Part shown: in pieces, positions 63,571-64,000 of the stretch
Layout of the letters: every line of letters starts with the position of its first letter
How positions within the stretch are numbered: position 1 is the stretch's first letter
Assembly (NCBI GenBank): GCA_965224195.1
Contig: OZ245040.1
Coordinates: forward strand, 1,504,001 to 1,568,000
DNA length: 64,000 bases
From: Nitrosopumilus sp.
GTDB taxonomy: Archaea; Thermoproteota; Nitrososphaeria; Nitrososphaerales; Nitrosopumilaceae
Reading direction: 5' to 3'
The notes under the pieces: model-generated
Database searches by the model: none
The model's input: only the letters and a program-made list of their open reading frames with translations
What the model was told of the DNA's origin: nothing
Translations under genes and position numbers: made by a program

Positions 63571-64000
63571 CTATTTTTTAGTAATAGTGGGTTTGTTTTG
63601 ATTAGGGTTGTTTGGTTTGTTTGATTTCTTTTGATTAGGGTTGTTTGGTTTGTTTGATTTCTTTTTAGGTTCTTCACTAACTAATTTTTGGTATAATTTG
63701 AAGGCCTGATCAACATTTTTGTTATTATGAACAATTGCCCTAACGGCTTTAATCATTGAAACTGGATGGTCAGATTGCCAAATGTTTCTACCCATATCAA
63801 CACCTACGGCACCGCCTTTAATTGCATTAAATGTTAATTGTAAAGCATCACGTTCAGGAATTTTTTTTCCACCTGCCACAATAATTGGGACAGGACATGA
63901 TTCAACTACTTTTTCAAAATTATCACAATAGTATGTTTTAACAATATGAGCACCTTGTTCTGCTGCAACACGACATGCTAATGAAAGATATCTAGCATCC
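63571..64000 (-). CDS. Class I aldolase (LsrF/DhnA family), 3' part; runs off the window
   Basis: GAHIVKTYY...VAGG...[13 protein letters not shown]; 11-aa tandem repeat [11 protein letters not shown] in tail. Confidence 0.88.
   Translation of the reverse strand, partial: DARYLSLACRVAAEQGAHIVKTYYCDNFEKVVESCPVPIIVAGGKKIPERDALQLTFNAIKGGAVGVDMGRNIWQSDHPVSMIKAVRAIVHNNKNVDQAFKLYQKLVSEEPKKKSNKPNNPNQKKSNKPNNPNQNKPTITKK

Noticed and set aside
63596-63665. 33-bp tandem repeat
   Set aside because: In-frame low-complexity tail of the aldolase; ordinary slippage

Overview
AT-rich thaumarchaeal DNA (Nitrosopumilus-like, Nitrososphaerota; inferred from the DnaJ-ferredoxin fusion, CFI-box-CTERM protein, archaeal EF-1alpha/uS10/Rpo12, FBP aldolase/phosphatase and PINA). 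Two core blocks (about 14.3-36.2 kb and 48.9-64 kb: translation, DNA ligase, tRNA endonuclease, 3-hydroxyacyl-CoA dehydrogenase, aspS, leuAB/ilvBN) alternate with two decayed accessory islands (1-14.3 kb and 36.2-48.8 kb). The islands contain IS6- and IS5-family remnants, many GGTTCTG-type IS ends, provirus-like genes, pseudogenes and segmental duplications. Most striking: (1) three unrelated island genes each carry a 35-36 bp foreign insert flanked by a 36-37 bp duplication of their own sequence, which is the geometry of CRISPR spacer acquisition but outside any array; (2) a provirus-like segment carries a tiny array of degenerate type I-G-like CRISPR repeat hairpins with extra 8-nt handles (candidate RNA anti-CRISPR or mini-array); (3) a duplicated membrane-anchored gene has 34 non-synonymous vs 3 synonymous differences between copies while its flanks are almost identical. 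No cas genes, rRNA or tRNA genes were recognised. All comparisons and counts were done by eye; family calls rest on motif recognition, not database searches.
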